Assembly: GCA_016218805.1 (NCBI GenBank)
Contig: JACRCW010000081.1
Location: 1-64,000, forward strand
DNA from: Deltaproteobacteria bacterium
Lineage (GTDB): Bacteria > Myxococcota > JACRCW01
DNA length: 64,000 nucleotides
Reading direction: 5' to 3'
The translations under genes were made by a program, and so were the position numbers. Under the pieces are notes generated by a model, which saw only the letters and a list, made by a program, of their open reading frames with translations, searched no databases and had not been told where the DNA came from. Of this stretch, positions 26,682-36,333 are shown in pieces; the first letter of the stretch is position 1; each line of letters begins with the position of its first letter.

Positions 26682-27889
26682 TGTTCCTCACCAGTGCGTT
26701 CCAGATGGCCGCCCGCCAGATCCGGCGCCACGGCATGCGGTCCGCGCTGACCACGCTCGGCGTGGTCATTGGCACCGCCGCGGTCATTGCCATGGTCACG
26801 CTGGGACGCGGCACCACGGCGCGCATCAGCGACGAGATAGGCAAGATTGGGCGCAACCTGCTGTTTGTGGCGCCGGGCGCGCCGCGCCACGGGGCGGCGC
26901 ACGGGCGGGTCACCGCGTTTGCGCTGGAGGATGCGCGGGCCATTGCGCGCGAAGTGCGCGGGCTGGTGGCGGTGGCGCCCACCGCCATGGCGCCGGTGCT
27001 GGCGGTGTACGGGAACAACAACTGGCGCACCATGCTCAGCGGCGTGGACCACAACTTCCTCGTCGTGCGCGAATGGACGCTGGCCACCGGCCGCGCATTC
27101 CAGGCGGGAGAAGAACGCTCCGGCGCGGCGGTCTGCATCCTGGGTGACACCGTGCGCGGGAACCTGTTTGTCGGCGAGGAACCCCTGGGGCGGAGCATCC
27201 GCGTGGCCAACGTGTCCTGCGAGGTGATTGGTGTGCTGGCATCCCGCGGGCGGTCCACCATGGGCGAGGACCAGGATGACCTGGTGCTGATGCCGCTGCT
27301 GGCGGTGCAGCGCCGCATTGCCGGGAACCAGGACGTGGGCGCCATTCTGGTGTCCGCCGCGGACGGCGAGTCCACCGCGCGCATCCAGGAGGACATCACG
27401 CGGCTCATGCGCCAGCGGCGGCACATCACGGGTGACAAGGAGGACGACTTTGCGGTGCGCGACCTCAAGGAACTGGCGGACCTGGCCGCGCGCACCACGG
27501 GCATCCTGACGACGCTGCTGGCCGCCATTGCCGCGGTCAGCCTGCTGGTGGGCGGCATTGGCATCATGAACATCATGCTGGTGAGCGTGACGGAGCGGAC
27601 GCGCGAGATCGGCATCCGGCTCGCCATTGGCGCGCGCGCGCGAGAGATCCTGCTGCAGTTCCTCATTGAGGCGGTGGTGCTCTCCGCCATGGGTGGCGTG
27701 CTGGGTATCGGGGTGGGCCTGGGCGGGTCCTACCTGGCCGCCCGGGCGCTGGAACTGCCGTTCGTCATTGACGTGCCCATCGTGATCATCGCGTTCGTGT
27801 TTTCGGCCGCGGTGGGCGTGTCGTTCGGGTTCTTCCCGGCGCGCAAGGCGGCACGGCTGGATCCCATTGTGGCGCTGCGGTTTGAGTAG
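26681..27889 (+). CDS. ABC transporter permease (MacB/FtsX family)
   Basis: RSALT.LGVVIG, GGIGIMNIMLVSVTERTREIGIR and PARKAARLDPI.ALR.E motifs. Confidence 0.95.
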   Translation: MFLTSAFQMAARQIRRHGMRSALTTLGVVIGTAAVIAMVTLGRGTTARISDEIGKIGRNLLFVAPGAPRHGAAHGRVTAFALEDARAIAREVRGLVAVAPTAMAPVLAVYGNNNWRTMLSGVDHNFLVVREWTLATGRAFQAGEERSGAAVCILGDTVRGNLFVGEEPLGRSIRVANVSCEVIGVLASRGRSTMGEDQDDLVLMPLLAVQRRIAGNQDVGAILVSAADGESTARIQEDITRLMRQRRHITGDKEDDFAVRDLKELADLAARTTGILTTLLAAIAAVSLLVGGIGIMNIMLVSVTERTREIGIRLAIGARAREILLQFLIEAVVLSAMGGVLGIGVGLGGSYLAARALELPFVIDVPIVIIAFVFSAAVGVSFGFFPARKAARLDPIVALRFE

Positions 27890-27894
27890 GAACG

Positions 27895-30309
27895 TCAAAA
27901 GCCCACGCGCACCTGCGCGCGCGCGTTCACGCCCGGTTGCCACGTGGCACTGCCGTGCAGGCGGTAGGGCTCGTCCAGGATGTTCTCCACCAGCAGGTCC
28001 ACGCCGGAGCGCGCGGTGATCTGGTAGCCCGCGCCCGCGTGGAAGATGAAGGACTGCGGCGTCCCCGTGGGGTCATACGCGGGTGAGAGGCGGTCAATGT
28101 CCGCCAGGCGGCGTGCGGGCAGCGCCATGCGGCATTGCGCGGTTCCGTAGAACCCCAGCGGGGCGACGTAGCTGATGTGCAGCGCGCCAAACGGCGGCGG
28201 GTGACCGGGCAGCGCCTGGGACGAGCGCAGCCGCTGCGCGAGCACCAGGGAAAACCAACCGCCGACGTGCAGGTGGCTCACCAGCCGCGCGTCCGCCCAC
28301 GCGTCCCCGCCCAGCAGGACCGCGTCACCGCCGCTGCGCCGCTCATAGACCGGCAGGCCGTCCACAAAGTCCTGCTCCTCGTAGCGGGACGCCACGCGCT
28401 CGGGCGCGCCGTTCCACCGCGTGGCATACAGGCTCGCCTGCAGCGCCATGCGCCCCGCGCGCACGCGCACCGTGGAGTCGGCCGTCAGCGCGCTCTCCGG
28501 CCGCACGTGCTGGGGCCGCGAGTACTCAAAGCCCACGTCGGAAATGGTGCGCCCCGAGAGGTCCAGCAGCCCCGGGGCGTGGTAGCCGTGCAACAGTGAC
28601 GCGGCGACAAACCCGCGGTCACCGAGCAGGAACAGCAGTTGCGCGCTGGCCGTGGGTTCAACGTAGACGCGCGAGAAACCGTTGGGGTCACGGTCCGCCG
28701 CGGGCAGCGACGCGCGGTGCACGGCCGCGCGTGCGGCCACGCGCAGCACCAGCGCCTGGAACAGCCACGTTTCCAGCGTGCCGTGCAGGGACAGGGATGT
28801 ATGCGTGGATCCGTCGGGCAGGCGTGACCGCGTGGGCAGCCGCGTGCCCAGGCCCGGTACCTCCCCCAGCTCCCCGCGCATCTGCGTGCGCCAGAAGCGG
28901 CTCTGCACCATGTCGTGCTGCGCATCCGTGCCCAGCGCAAAGCGCGTGGCCACCGGTCCCAGCGCCCACAGCGGCGTGCTTCCGCGTGCCTGGGCCTGCA
29001 GCATGTTGACGTCGTCCTGCATGCGGTCGATCACCAGCGAATAGAAGTCCACCCGCGACAGCGTCTGCCATTGCCGCTGCCACGCCACGCCGACCTGCAG
29101 CTCCTCAAAGAACCGCGGCCGCACCGTCAGGCGGGCGAAGGCCAGGTCGCGGTTCAGCTCGTCGTAGAGCGTGCAGTCGTAGATGGGCTCGCCGGCACGA
29201 CGTGGGCGGCAACGCGTGCCCAGCGGCAGGTGCGTGACGCGGGCCGCGTCGTAGCCCGCGTCCACCTGCTGGCGCAGGAACACCGCACGGGCGCGCGCGG
29301 ACACGTGCATGGGCACATACCCCGTCCGCTCCTGCACGCCTTCGCCGCGGCCCGCGCGCACGTCCTGGTGGTCCTCCAACGTGGCGGCAACGGACGCGGA
29401 CGCCGGGCCCATCCCGCCGGCCAGATGCAGGCGCAGCCCGCGTCCCTGGTCCGCCGACTGGTAGAACCCCGCGGCCAGCGCATGCACGGTGAGATCCGCG
29501 CCGTGCTCCGCCGACCGCGACGTCAACGCGAGCACGCCCCCCATGGCGCCGTCCCCCGCCCACGCGCCATCCGCGGACGGCACCAGCTCCGCGCTCTCCA
29601 GGCCCCATCCGTCCACGGTGGCCAGGTAAGGCATCCAACCGTCACCCCACGTGGCGTTGTTGAGACGGAATCCGTCCACCAGGACGCCCACGCGGCCCGC
29701 ACCCAGGCCGCGGATCACCGGCGCACCCACCGCCACCGCGGAACGCGTCAGCCACACGCCGGGCAGCCGGCCCACCACGTCCGAACCCACCGTGCCGCCC
29801 GAGCGCAGGATCTCATCCCCCGTGAGCGCGTGATGCGTGCGGCCCAATTGCGTGACGGGCGTGGGCAGCCCGGTGGTCAGGCTCGTCGTCGGCACCGGGG
29901 CCTGCACCACGTCCAGCTCCGGCCCCAGCGGCAGCGCCAGCAACAGCCGCGGCAGGGACAGGCCAAACTCGCCGCCGTCCGCGCGTTCCGCCTCACCAAC
30001 GGGCGGGATGACCACGTACGCGGGACCCGCATCAGCCAGCAGCGGAGCAAGCGTGCCCTCGGCGTACGGATGGATGGGCCGCGGTCCGGGCACGCCTCCG
30101 TCGGACGCGGCCGCCTGAAGGAAGCGGCGGTCGGGTCCCGCGGGTGGGTCGGTGGGCAGCGGCTCGCGGCGCACGGCGGGGCCGTCCAGCCAGACGGATG
30201 ATGGCACCGGATCCGCGTTGCCCGGGGCACCGCCGTCCACGCCCCACGAGGCCGCCGTGCACATCACGGCGCTGCTGATCAGGCCGAGCACAGCGCGGGA
30301 GCCTGCCAC
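27895..30309 (-). CDS. TonB-dependent receptor
   Basis: Plug (LPGV...P.IRG....V.VLVDG..LN, GGV), PE...., and a C-terminal VENILDEPY...PG.N....V.VGF. Confidence 0.85.
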   Translation of the reverse strand: MAGSRAVLGLISSAVMCTAASWGVDGGAPGNADPVPSSVWLDGPAVRREPLPTDPPAGPDRRFLQAAASDGGVPGPRPIHPYAEGTLAPLLADAGPAYVVIPPVGEAERADGGEFGLSLPRLLLALPLGPELDVVQAPVPTTSLTTGLPTPVTQLGRTHHALTGDEILRSGGTVGSDVVGRLPGVWLTRSAVAVGAPVIRGLGAGRVGVLVDGFRLNNATWGDGWMPYLATVDGWGLESAELVPSADGAWAGDGAMGGVLALTSRSAEHGADLTVHALAAGFYQSADQGRGLRLHLAGGMGPASASVAATLEDHQDVRAGRGEGVQERTGYVPMHVSARARAVFLRQQVDAGYDAARVTHLPLGTRCRPRRAGEPIYDCTLYDELNRDLAFARLTVRPRFFEELQVGVAWQRQWQTLSRVDFYSLVIDRMQDDVNMLQAQARGSTPLWALGPVATRFALGTDAQHDMVQSRFWRTQMRGELGEVPGLGTRLPTRSRLPDGSTHTSLSLHGTLETWLFQALVLRVAARAAVHRASLPAADRDPNGFSRVYVEPTASAQLLFLLGDRGFVAASLLHGYHAPGLLDLSGRTISDVGFEYSRPQHVRPESALTADSTVRVRAGRMALQASLYATRWNGAPERVASRYEEQDFVDGLPVYERRSGGDAVLLGGDAWADARLVSHLHVGGWFSLVLAQRLRSSQALPGHPPPFGALHISYVAPLGFYGTAQCRMALPARRLADIDRLSPAYDPTGTPQSFIFHAGAGYQITARSGVDLLVENILDEPYRLHGSATWQPGVNARAQVRVGF

Positions 30310-30346
30310 GGGTGCCCCCGCGGGTGCACGCCCGTCGACGACGCGG

Positions 30347-31129
30347 TCAGGCGGCGGGCCAGGAACCGCCGATCATGGCCCGCACCCGCGCCATGGCGCG
30401 GGCAGCCTGGGGCGGAAGCGCACGCATGTGGCCGGAGACGGCGGCCAGCGGCCGCGCGCGTGCCAGTCCGCAGAGGATGGCGTTGTGGCCCAGCGCGGGA
30501 ATCAGCTCCACCGTCGTGGGGAACTCGCGCGCGAACAGCGCGCGTGCGGTGGTGCGCAACCGCGCGTGGGCGCTGTCCGTGAACACGTTGCACGCCACCA
30601 TGCCGCCGGCCCGCAGTCCCGCGCGCAGCCGCCGCACCAGCTCGTCGTTGATCTCTGCGGTGCGGGATGCCTCGCCCGCAGCCAGGAACGCGTCGTCGAG
30701 GATCACGTCATAGGAGCCGCGCGCGGCCTCCACGTGCGCGTACCCGTCGCCCACCACCACGCGCGCACCCGTGTCCGCCAGCGCGAAGTGATCACGCGTG
30801 ATGTCCACCAGCGCCGGGTCAATCTCCGCGGCGGTGAGTTCCACCCGCGGAAGCATCAGGCGCAGCGCGTGGAGCACCGTCCCCCCGCCCAGACCGATGA
30901 GCAGCACGCGCAGGCCGGCGCCCTGGTTGGCGGCCAGCGGGTGATACAGCGGAGCCGCGGCCAGCGCGTCCCAGGCGTAGCCCCAGAAGCGCCGCACCGG
31001 GTTGTAGGACGCGTAGGTGGCGCCCTCCACTTCAAGGTGGCGCGACCGTCCGCGCCCCACCACGGTGGCGGTGTTGAACGCGGTGCGCACGCGCGCCAAG
31101 ATCTGTCGGCCCTGCTTGCCCGTTGTCAT
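30347..31129 (-). CDS. Spermidine synthase-like class I SAM-dependent methyltransferase
   Basis: VLLIGLGGG, AEIDP, VVGDG, YDVILDDAF and L..GG...CN motifs. Confidence 0.8.
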   Translation of the reverse strand: MTTGKQGRQILARVRTAFNTATVVGRGRSRHLEVEGATYASYNPVRRFWGYAWDALAAAPLYHPLAANQGAGLRVLLIGLGGGTVLHALRLMLPRVELTAAEIDPALVDITRDHFALADTGARVVVGDGYAHVEAARGSYDVILDDAFLAAGEASRTAEINDELVRRLRAGLRAGGMVACNVFTDSAHARLRTTARALFAREFPTTVELIPALGHNAILCGLARARPLAAVSGHMRALPPQAARAMARVRAMIGGSWPAA

Positions 31130-31176
31130 CGACGTGCGCGGTAGCCGCGGTGGGACCGCCGCGTCAAAGGAGACCG

Positions 31177-32007
31177 ATGCGCTTTGCCACCGTCCTCACC
31201 CTGCTGGCCCTGGCCACCGGGAACGCGCGTGCTGACGAGGACGCACCCGCCGCCGCGGAGGAGGCCACGCCGCCCGCTGCCGAGCCCGAGCCCGCGCCAC
31301 CGGCAGCGCTGCCCCCCGAGGAGACTCCGCCGGAACCGGAGGCCCCCGCGCCCCAAGCAGAGCCCGCCGGGGACCCGCCTCTGGACCCGTCCGCCCCGCT
31401 GCAGCGGTTCCGCAGAGCCACCAGCCGCTGGACGCGCTCAGCCGACGAGGAGCCGGCATCGCCGCCGGCGGGTTCTGACGACGTTCCGGCGGCCGCAGCG
31501 CCGGAGCCGCAGGACGGCGGACCCTCGCTGCAGCTCCGCCTTCGCAACGGGCAGGTGGTGGACGGGGTGGTGGTGGCCCAGACCGCGGAGGGCTGGGTGC
31601 TGCGCCTGCCGGGCGGGGAGACGCGCTTCTTTGACCGGCTGGACGTGGTGTCTGACAGCGGGCCGCGCCCGGAGCGCCCCTCCATGGCGCAGAAGGTGGT
31701 GCTTTCCGCCAGCCTCATCTGGCCGGGCGCAGGCCAGGTGCTCTACGGCGGGCTGGTGCAGCACGGACCGCCGTGGCAGCGGTCCGCGCTTGTCGTGGGT
31801 GTGCTGCTGGTGGCGGTGGCGGTGGTGGGCGCGCTGGTGGCCGGCGTGGGCATCACCGTGGGACTGGCCGCACCCACGGTGGCGGTGGAGGGCATCACGC
31901 TGCTGGGTGGACCGCTCAACCCCATCACGCTGGCGGGCGCGGTGGCCGTGGTGCTGGCGGCGGCGGTGGGTCTGCTGGACGCAGGCGCGCGTGTGATCCT
32001 GGATTGA
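31177..32007 (+). CDS. Hypothetical exported/membrane protein with a Pro/Glu-rich N-terminus
   Basis: AGGAG RBS, signal peptide (ARA), L.LRNG..V.G small beta domain, S...PG.GQ followed by TM helices. Confidence 0.65.
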   Translation: MRFATVLTLLALATGNARADEDAPAAAEEATPPAAEPEPAPPAALPPEETPPEPEAPAPQAEPAGDPPLDPSAPLQRFRRATSRWTRSADEEPASPPAGSDDVPAAAAPEPQDGGPSLQLRLRNGQVVDGVVVAQTAEGWVLRLPGGETRFFDRLDVVSDSGPRPERPSMAQKVVLSASLIWPGAGQVLYGGLVQHGPPWQRSALVVGVLLVAVAVVGALVAGVGITVGLAAPTVAVEGITLLGGPLNPITLAGAVAVVLAAAVGLLDAGARVILD

Positions 32008-32012
32008 CGTTC

Positions 32013-33794
32013 TTACGCGGTGGCGCGTGACTGCGTGCGGAACCACTTGAGGAAGTCCCGCTCCGCCGCGGTGAGCAGCGCGCGGTCCACCAGCCGCGCG
32101 TCCAGCGGCGAAAACGTCAGCGGCTTCACCCGCAGGAAGCCCGCGTGCGCCGGGTGCTCCTCCAGCGTGCACAGGTTCTCAATGCGGATGCCGCCCCAGC
32201 CCGGCACGTAGAGCCCGGGCTCAATGGAGAACACGTAGCCCACGCCCAGCGGCATCACGGAACGCATGTTGATGGACGGTGGCGCTTCATGGACGTTGAT
32301 GCCCACGCCGTGACCGGTGCCGTGGTTGTAGTTGAGCCCCTGGTCCCACATGGGCTTGCGCGTGATGGCATCCAGCGAAATGCCCGGCGCACCTGCGGGC
32401 ACCACCGCCGTCATCCCGGCAATGGCCGCCTTCAGCACCATGGTATACGCGCGGCATTGCTCCGCGTTGCCACGCACCTTGGGTCCGCCGACAAGAAACG
32501 TGCGCGTCAGGTCGGTCGCGTAGCCCTCGTCGTAGTAGGCGCCGGTGTCCAGCAGCATCAGCTCACCGCGCTGGATCACGCGCTCCGGGGACGGATGGCT
32601 GTAGTGGATGATGGCGCCGTTGGCGCCCGCGGCGGAGATCACCTTGAAGGACAGCCCCACCGCGCCGGAGCGGCGGAACGTCTTCTCCACGCGCGCGGCA
32701 AACTCCGCTTCTGTCACCGGCGTGCCCTTCTCAACGGAGCTGCACAGCCAGCGGGCGGCCTGGCTCACCACGCGGTCCGCGGTGCGGAAGGCCTCCACCA
32801 TGCGCGCCAGCTCCTCGGGGGTCTTGCGCGCCTTCATCTCCGTCAGCGGCGAGGCCGCCTGCACCGGCTCAAACCCCGCCTTCCTGAGCAGCTGGCGCGT
32901 GGCCTCCGTGGATCCCATGGGGTCCACGCCGGCCTTGCGTCCCGGCCCCGCAATGCGCGCCAGCGCTTCGGGGAACTCCTGCTCGGTGACAAACGAGAAC
33001 ACCCGCCGCGCATCCCGCAGCTCCTGCGCCGCGGGCCGCGTGTGCAGGCACACCAGCGCGCCCGCCCGCCCCACCGCGCCCATGCCCTTGAACGTTGCCT
33101 GGAAGGGCAGTTCGTCCGCGCGCAGGTTGGCCAGGTAGGCCAGGTCATCCAGCCGCTCCACCAGCAGCACGTCCAGCCCCGCGTCCACCAGCGCTTTCTG
33201 GATGGCCTCCACCTTCTGCGCGGAGGTCCGCCCCACGCGGCTCTCGTCCAGCACGCGCAGTGTTCCGGGGGACGCCTTGACCGGACCGCGCAACTCCTCA
33301 ACGGGCGAGGGGGTCAGCGGAACCACGGAGCCCCCCAGCGGGACGACCAGACGGTCCAGCGTGTCCTTCTCACCCACGGTGAAGCGCTCCGCCTCCGCGC
33401 CCACGGCCTTCACGCGGCCGGCCTTCAGGCGCTCCTGCAGCGCGCTGCACAGGCCGGTGAAGATGGGCTCCGTCATGGACAGCTTGAGGACAGTCCAGTC
33501 CGGCGTGACCTCCTGCTCCGCCTGCAGGTGGTAGCGCCCGTCCACGGCGATGAGCGCCTCGTCCGCGGTCACCAGCGCGTCACCCATGGAACCGGTGAAA
33601 CCCGTGAGCCACTGCCGCGTGGATTCCGCCTCGGGCACGTACTCGTTGAGGTAGCGGTCGGTGGACCGCACCATCAGCGCGTCCAGGCCGCGGGTCTTCA
33701 TCGTCTCGCGGAGCCTGCCCAGCCGGAGCCCAAGCTCCGCGCCGTCTCCACGCTTGCCGTGCGTCGTATTGGGAGTGGCCTGCGTCGTCGTCAT
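32013..33794 (-). CDS. Xaa-Pro aminopeptidase (peptidase M24B)
   Basis: WLTGFTGS, VDGRY, GAIIHY, LLDTGA.Y...TD.TRT, HGTGHGVG..VHE and SIEPG.Y...GIRIEN motifs. Confidence 0.95.
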   Translation of the reverse strand: MTTTQATPNTTHGKRGDGAELGLRLGRLRETMKTRGLDALMVRSTDRYLNEYVPEAESTRQWLTGFTGSMGDALVTADEALIAVDGRYHLQAEQEVTPDWTVLKLSMTEPIFTGLCSALQERLKAGRVKAVGAEAERFTVGEKDTLDRLVVPLGGSVVPLTPSPVEELRGPVKASPGTLRVLDESRVGRTSAQKVEAIQKALVDAGLDVLLVERLDDLAYLANLRADELPFQATFKGMGAVGRAGALVCLHTRPAAQELRDARRVFSFVTEQEFPEALARIAGPGRKAGVDPMGSTEATRQLLRKAGFEPVQAASPLTEMKARKTPEELARMVEAFRTADRVVSQAARWLCSSVEKGTPVTEAEFAARVEKTFRRSGAVGLSFKVISAAGANGAIIHYSHPSPERVIQRGELMLLDTGAYYDEGYATDLTRTFLVGGPKVRGNAEQCRAYTMVLKAAIAGMTAVVPAGAPGISLDAITRKPMWDQGLNYNHGTGHGVGINVHEAPPSINMRSVMPLGVGYVFSIEPGLYVPGWGGIRIENLCTLEEHPAHAGFLRVKPLTFSPLDARLVDRALLTAAERDFLKWFRTQSRATA

Positions 33795-33931
33795 GTGTCG
33801 CCTCCGTGCGCGGGTGCGGCGGCGTTTTGGCGTCTTTCACCCTCCAAGACAAGCGGCCGGCCCGGCCAGGGGGTCCGCGGTGCAGGCGCAGGACGTTGCC
33901 AGCGCGGGCCGGTTGGCCGCAGCATGCCCGC

Positions 33932-34912
33932 ATGACGACGACAACCTGGGGCATGCGCATCCACCGCACCGGCGACACCGGCGAGTTCCACCGCGAGGAC
34001 CTCCCGCTGCCGCCGCCGTCGGCCAACGAGGTCCGCATTCGCCACACCGCGGTGGGCCTCAACTACATCGACATCTACCACCGCACGGGCCTGTACCCCG
34101 TGACACTGCCCGCGGTGCTGGGGATGGAAGGGGCGGGTGTGGTTGAGGAAGGCGGCGCGGGCGTCACGGACCTGCGCGCGGGTGACCGCGTGGCCTATGC
34201 GGGCACGCTGGGCGCCTATGCGCTGCACCGCAACATTCCCGCGGACCGGTTGGTGAAGATCCCCAACGGCGTGGACGACGTGACCGCGGCGTCCATGATG
34301 CTCAAGGGCATGACGGCGCAGTTCCTGGTGCGCCGGACGCACGCCGTGACGGCGGGAGAGACGGTGCTGGTGCACGCGGCGGCCGGCGGCGTGGGTCAGT
34401 TGCTGTGCCAGTGGGCCGCGCACCTGGGTGCCACGGTGATTGGCACCGTGGGCAGCCGCGCCAAGGCGGACGTGGCGCGTGCGCACGGTTGCGCGCACGT
34501 GGTGCTGTACCGCGAGGATGACTTCGTCGCGCGCGTGCGCGAAATCACCGGCGCGCGCGGCGTGCCGGTCGTCTACGATTCCGTGGGGGCGGACACGTTC
34601 ATGCGCAGCCTGGACTGCCTGCAGCCGCGCGGCCTGATGGTGTGCTTCGGCCAGTCGTCGGGACCGGTGCCGCCGCTGGACATCATCACGCTGTCCCAGA
34701 AGGGTTCGCTGTTCCTGACGCGCCCCACGCTGATGACCTACACCACGCGGCGCGAGGATCTGCTCACCAGCGCGGCCGAACTGTTTGACGTCGTGCGTGC
34801 AGGTCACGTGCGGGTGGAACCCGCGCGCACGCTGCCGCTTGTTGAGGTGGCGCGCGCGCACCAGGAACTCGGGTCACGCTCCACCAGCGGTGCCACGGTG
34901 CTGCTGCCTTGA
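33932..34912 (+). CDS. qor: NADPH:quinone oxidoreductase
   Basis: GLNYIDIYHRTGLY, LG.EGAG, HAAAGGVG, VVYDSVG, FGQSSG and KGSLFLTRP motifs. Confidence 0.9.
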   Translation: MTTTTWGMRIHRTGDTGEFHREDLPLPPPSANEVRIRHTAVGLNYIDIYHRTGLYPVTLPAVLGMEGAGVVEEGGAGVTDLRAGDRVAYAGTLGAYALHRNIPADRLVKIPNGVDDVTAASMMLKGMTAQFLVRRTHAVTAGETVLVHAAAGGVGQLLCQWAAHLGATVIGTVGSRAKADVARAHGCAHVVLYREDDFVARVREITGARGVPVVYDSVGADTFMRSLDCLQPRGLMVCFGQSSGPVPPLDIITLSQKGSLFLTRPTLMTYTTRREDLLTSAAELFDVVRAGHVRVEPARTLPLVEVARAHQELGSRSTSGATVLLP

Positions 34913-34966
34913 AACGCCGGCGCGGTGGTGCCCGGGTGCGGTAGTGTGCCGCCCCGAGGTGAGTCC

Positions 34967-35935
34967 GTGAACGGGAAACGCTGGCCGCTTGTCGTCATGT
35001 TCGTGATGGGTTCCGTGTTCGCCTGCACCCGTGACAGTGGCGCCGACGGCGGCTCATCAGCATCATCGTCGTCATCCTCATCATCATCCGGTGCGGTGGA
35101 TGCCGGGCCCCCGCCCACGGCGGCGGAGTACTGCGCGCGGACGGTGGAGTTCTTTTGCAGCTACTACCTGCGGTGCGGGCGTATGGCAGCGGCGAGCGCG
35201 GACGAGTGCCGCGCCACCTTCATGGAGACGTGCGCTGCGCGCTACCAGCCCCGCTATGCGCAGCTTGCGGACGCGGGACTGCTTTCGCTCTCCGCGGCTG
35301 GCATTGAAGCGTGCCGCGCGCACCTGGGCACAGTGGAATGCGCGCGGCAGATCCGTGACCTGGACGGTCCGTGCGGTGCCATGTGGGTCGGCCACCAGCC
35401 CGTGGGCGGTCCGTGCGGGATTGACGTGGAGAGCCTGGTGTGCGCGGCCGGTTCCGCGTGCGTGCTGGGGCTGGACTTCTGTGGCACGTGCCGCGCGCTG
35501 GCCGCAGTGGGTGAGACCTGCGGCGGGGACATCACGTGTGGCCAGGAGGCCGCGTGTGTTGACGGGAACTGCGTTCCGCGTGGCCTGCCCGGGGACGGGT
35601 GCGCGGACGGCGGGCGTTGCGTGGTGGGGGCAAGCTGCGTGGCGGAAACGTGCACCGGTCCCGCGTACGTGGCGGTGGGTGACTCCTGTGACCAGTCCCA
35701 CCGCTGCCCGTACCGGTCGGTATGCGCAGCGGGGACGTGCGCGCGTACCTCACTGCAGTCCGAGCCATGCGGCGCCGGATGTGCATCGGGCTACTGCGCG
35801 GGCGGCACGTGCGCGGCACCGCTTGCCGATGGGGCGGTGTGCACGGCCTCGTCGGAATGCGCCAGCTATGAGTGCGTGGCCGGTCATTGCGCACCGCTGC
35901 CGGGTCACTGCTTCCACGTGGACGGCGGCGCGTGA
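34967..35935 (+). CDS. Cys-rich repeat lipoprotein with a Ser-rich linker
   Basis: Lipobox VFAC, poly-Ser tract, and repeated G..C....C..G..C..G.C modules. Confidence 0.8.
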   Translation: MNGKRWPLVVMFVMGSVFACTRDSGADGGSSASSSSSSSSSGAVDAGPPPTAAEYCARTVEFFCSYYLRCGRMAAASADECRATFMETCAARYQPRYAQLADAGLLSLSAAGIEACRAHLGTVECARQIRDLDGPCGAMWVGHQPVGGPCGIDVESLVCAAGSACVLGLDFCGTCRALAAVGETCGGDITCGQEAACVDGNCVPRGLPGDGCADGGRCVVGASCVAETCTGPAYVAVGDSCDQSHRCPYRSVCAAGTCARTSLQSEPCGAGCASGYCAGGTCAAPLADGAVCTASSECASYECVAGHCAPLPGHCFHVDGGA

Positions 35936-35936
35936 G

Positions 35937-36230
35937 TCACGGCTTGAGGCGCACGAGCGTGGCGCCCCAGCTGCCGCGGTCCGTGCCGGCCGCGCCCCAG
36001 GACTCCACGCACTCCAGCCGTCCCAGCAGCGCGTGCACCCCCGCCCGCAGCGCGCCCGTGCCCTTCCCATGCACGATGCGGACTTCAAGGATCCCGCGCG
36101 CACGGCACTCAGCCAGGTAGTGCGGCACCAGGTCGCCAATCTCGGCGGGCCGGAACGTGTGCAGGTCCAGGCACCCGTCAATGGGCACCTCCACCGGGTT
36201 CGCCACGTCGTCCGGCGGGTCCTTCTCCAT
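35937..36230 (-). CDS. Stand-alone Smr domain protein
   Basis: IDG.LDLH, VRIVHGKG.G.LR and WGAT.V.L motifs. Start re-called at ATG 36230. Confidence 0.88.
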   Translation of the reverse strand: MEKDPPDDVANPVEVPIDGCLDLHTFRPAEIGDLVPHYLAECRARGILEVRIVHGKGTGALRAGVHALLGRLECVESWGAAGTDRGSWGATLVRLKP

Positions 36231-36333
36231 GCGGGTGGGATAACGCACCGCGCCGCCGCGCGGAAGCGGCGCAGAACTTCCGCGCGCGTGGGGCGTTCCA
36301 CACCCCACACCCGCAACAACGGAGAAGAACTCC

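Noticed and set aside
24742..27889. MacAB-type operon lacking a tolC gene as a novelty
   Set aside because: The outer-membrane factor is commonly encoded elsewhere, so this arrangement is ordinary.
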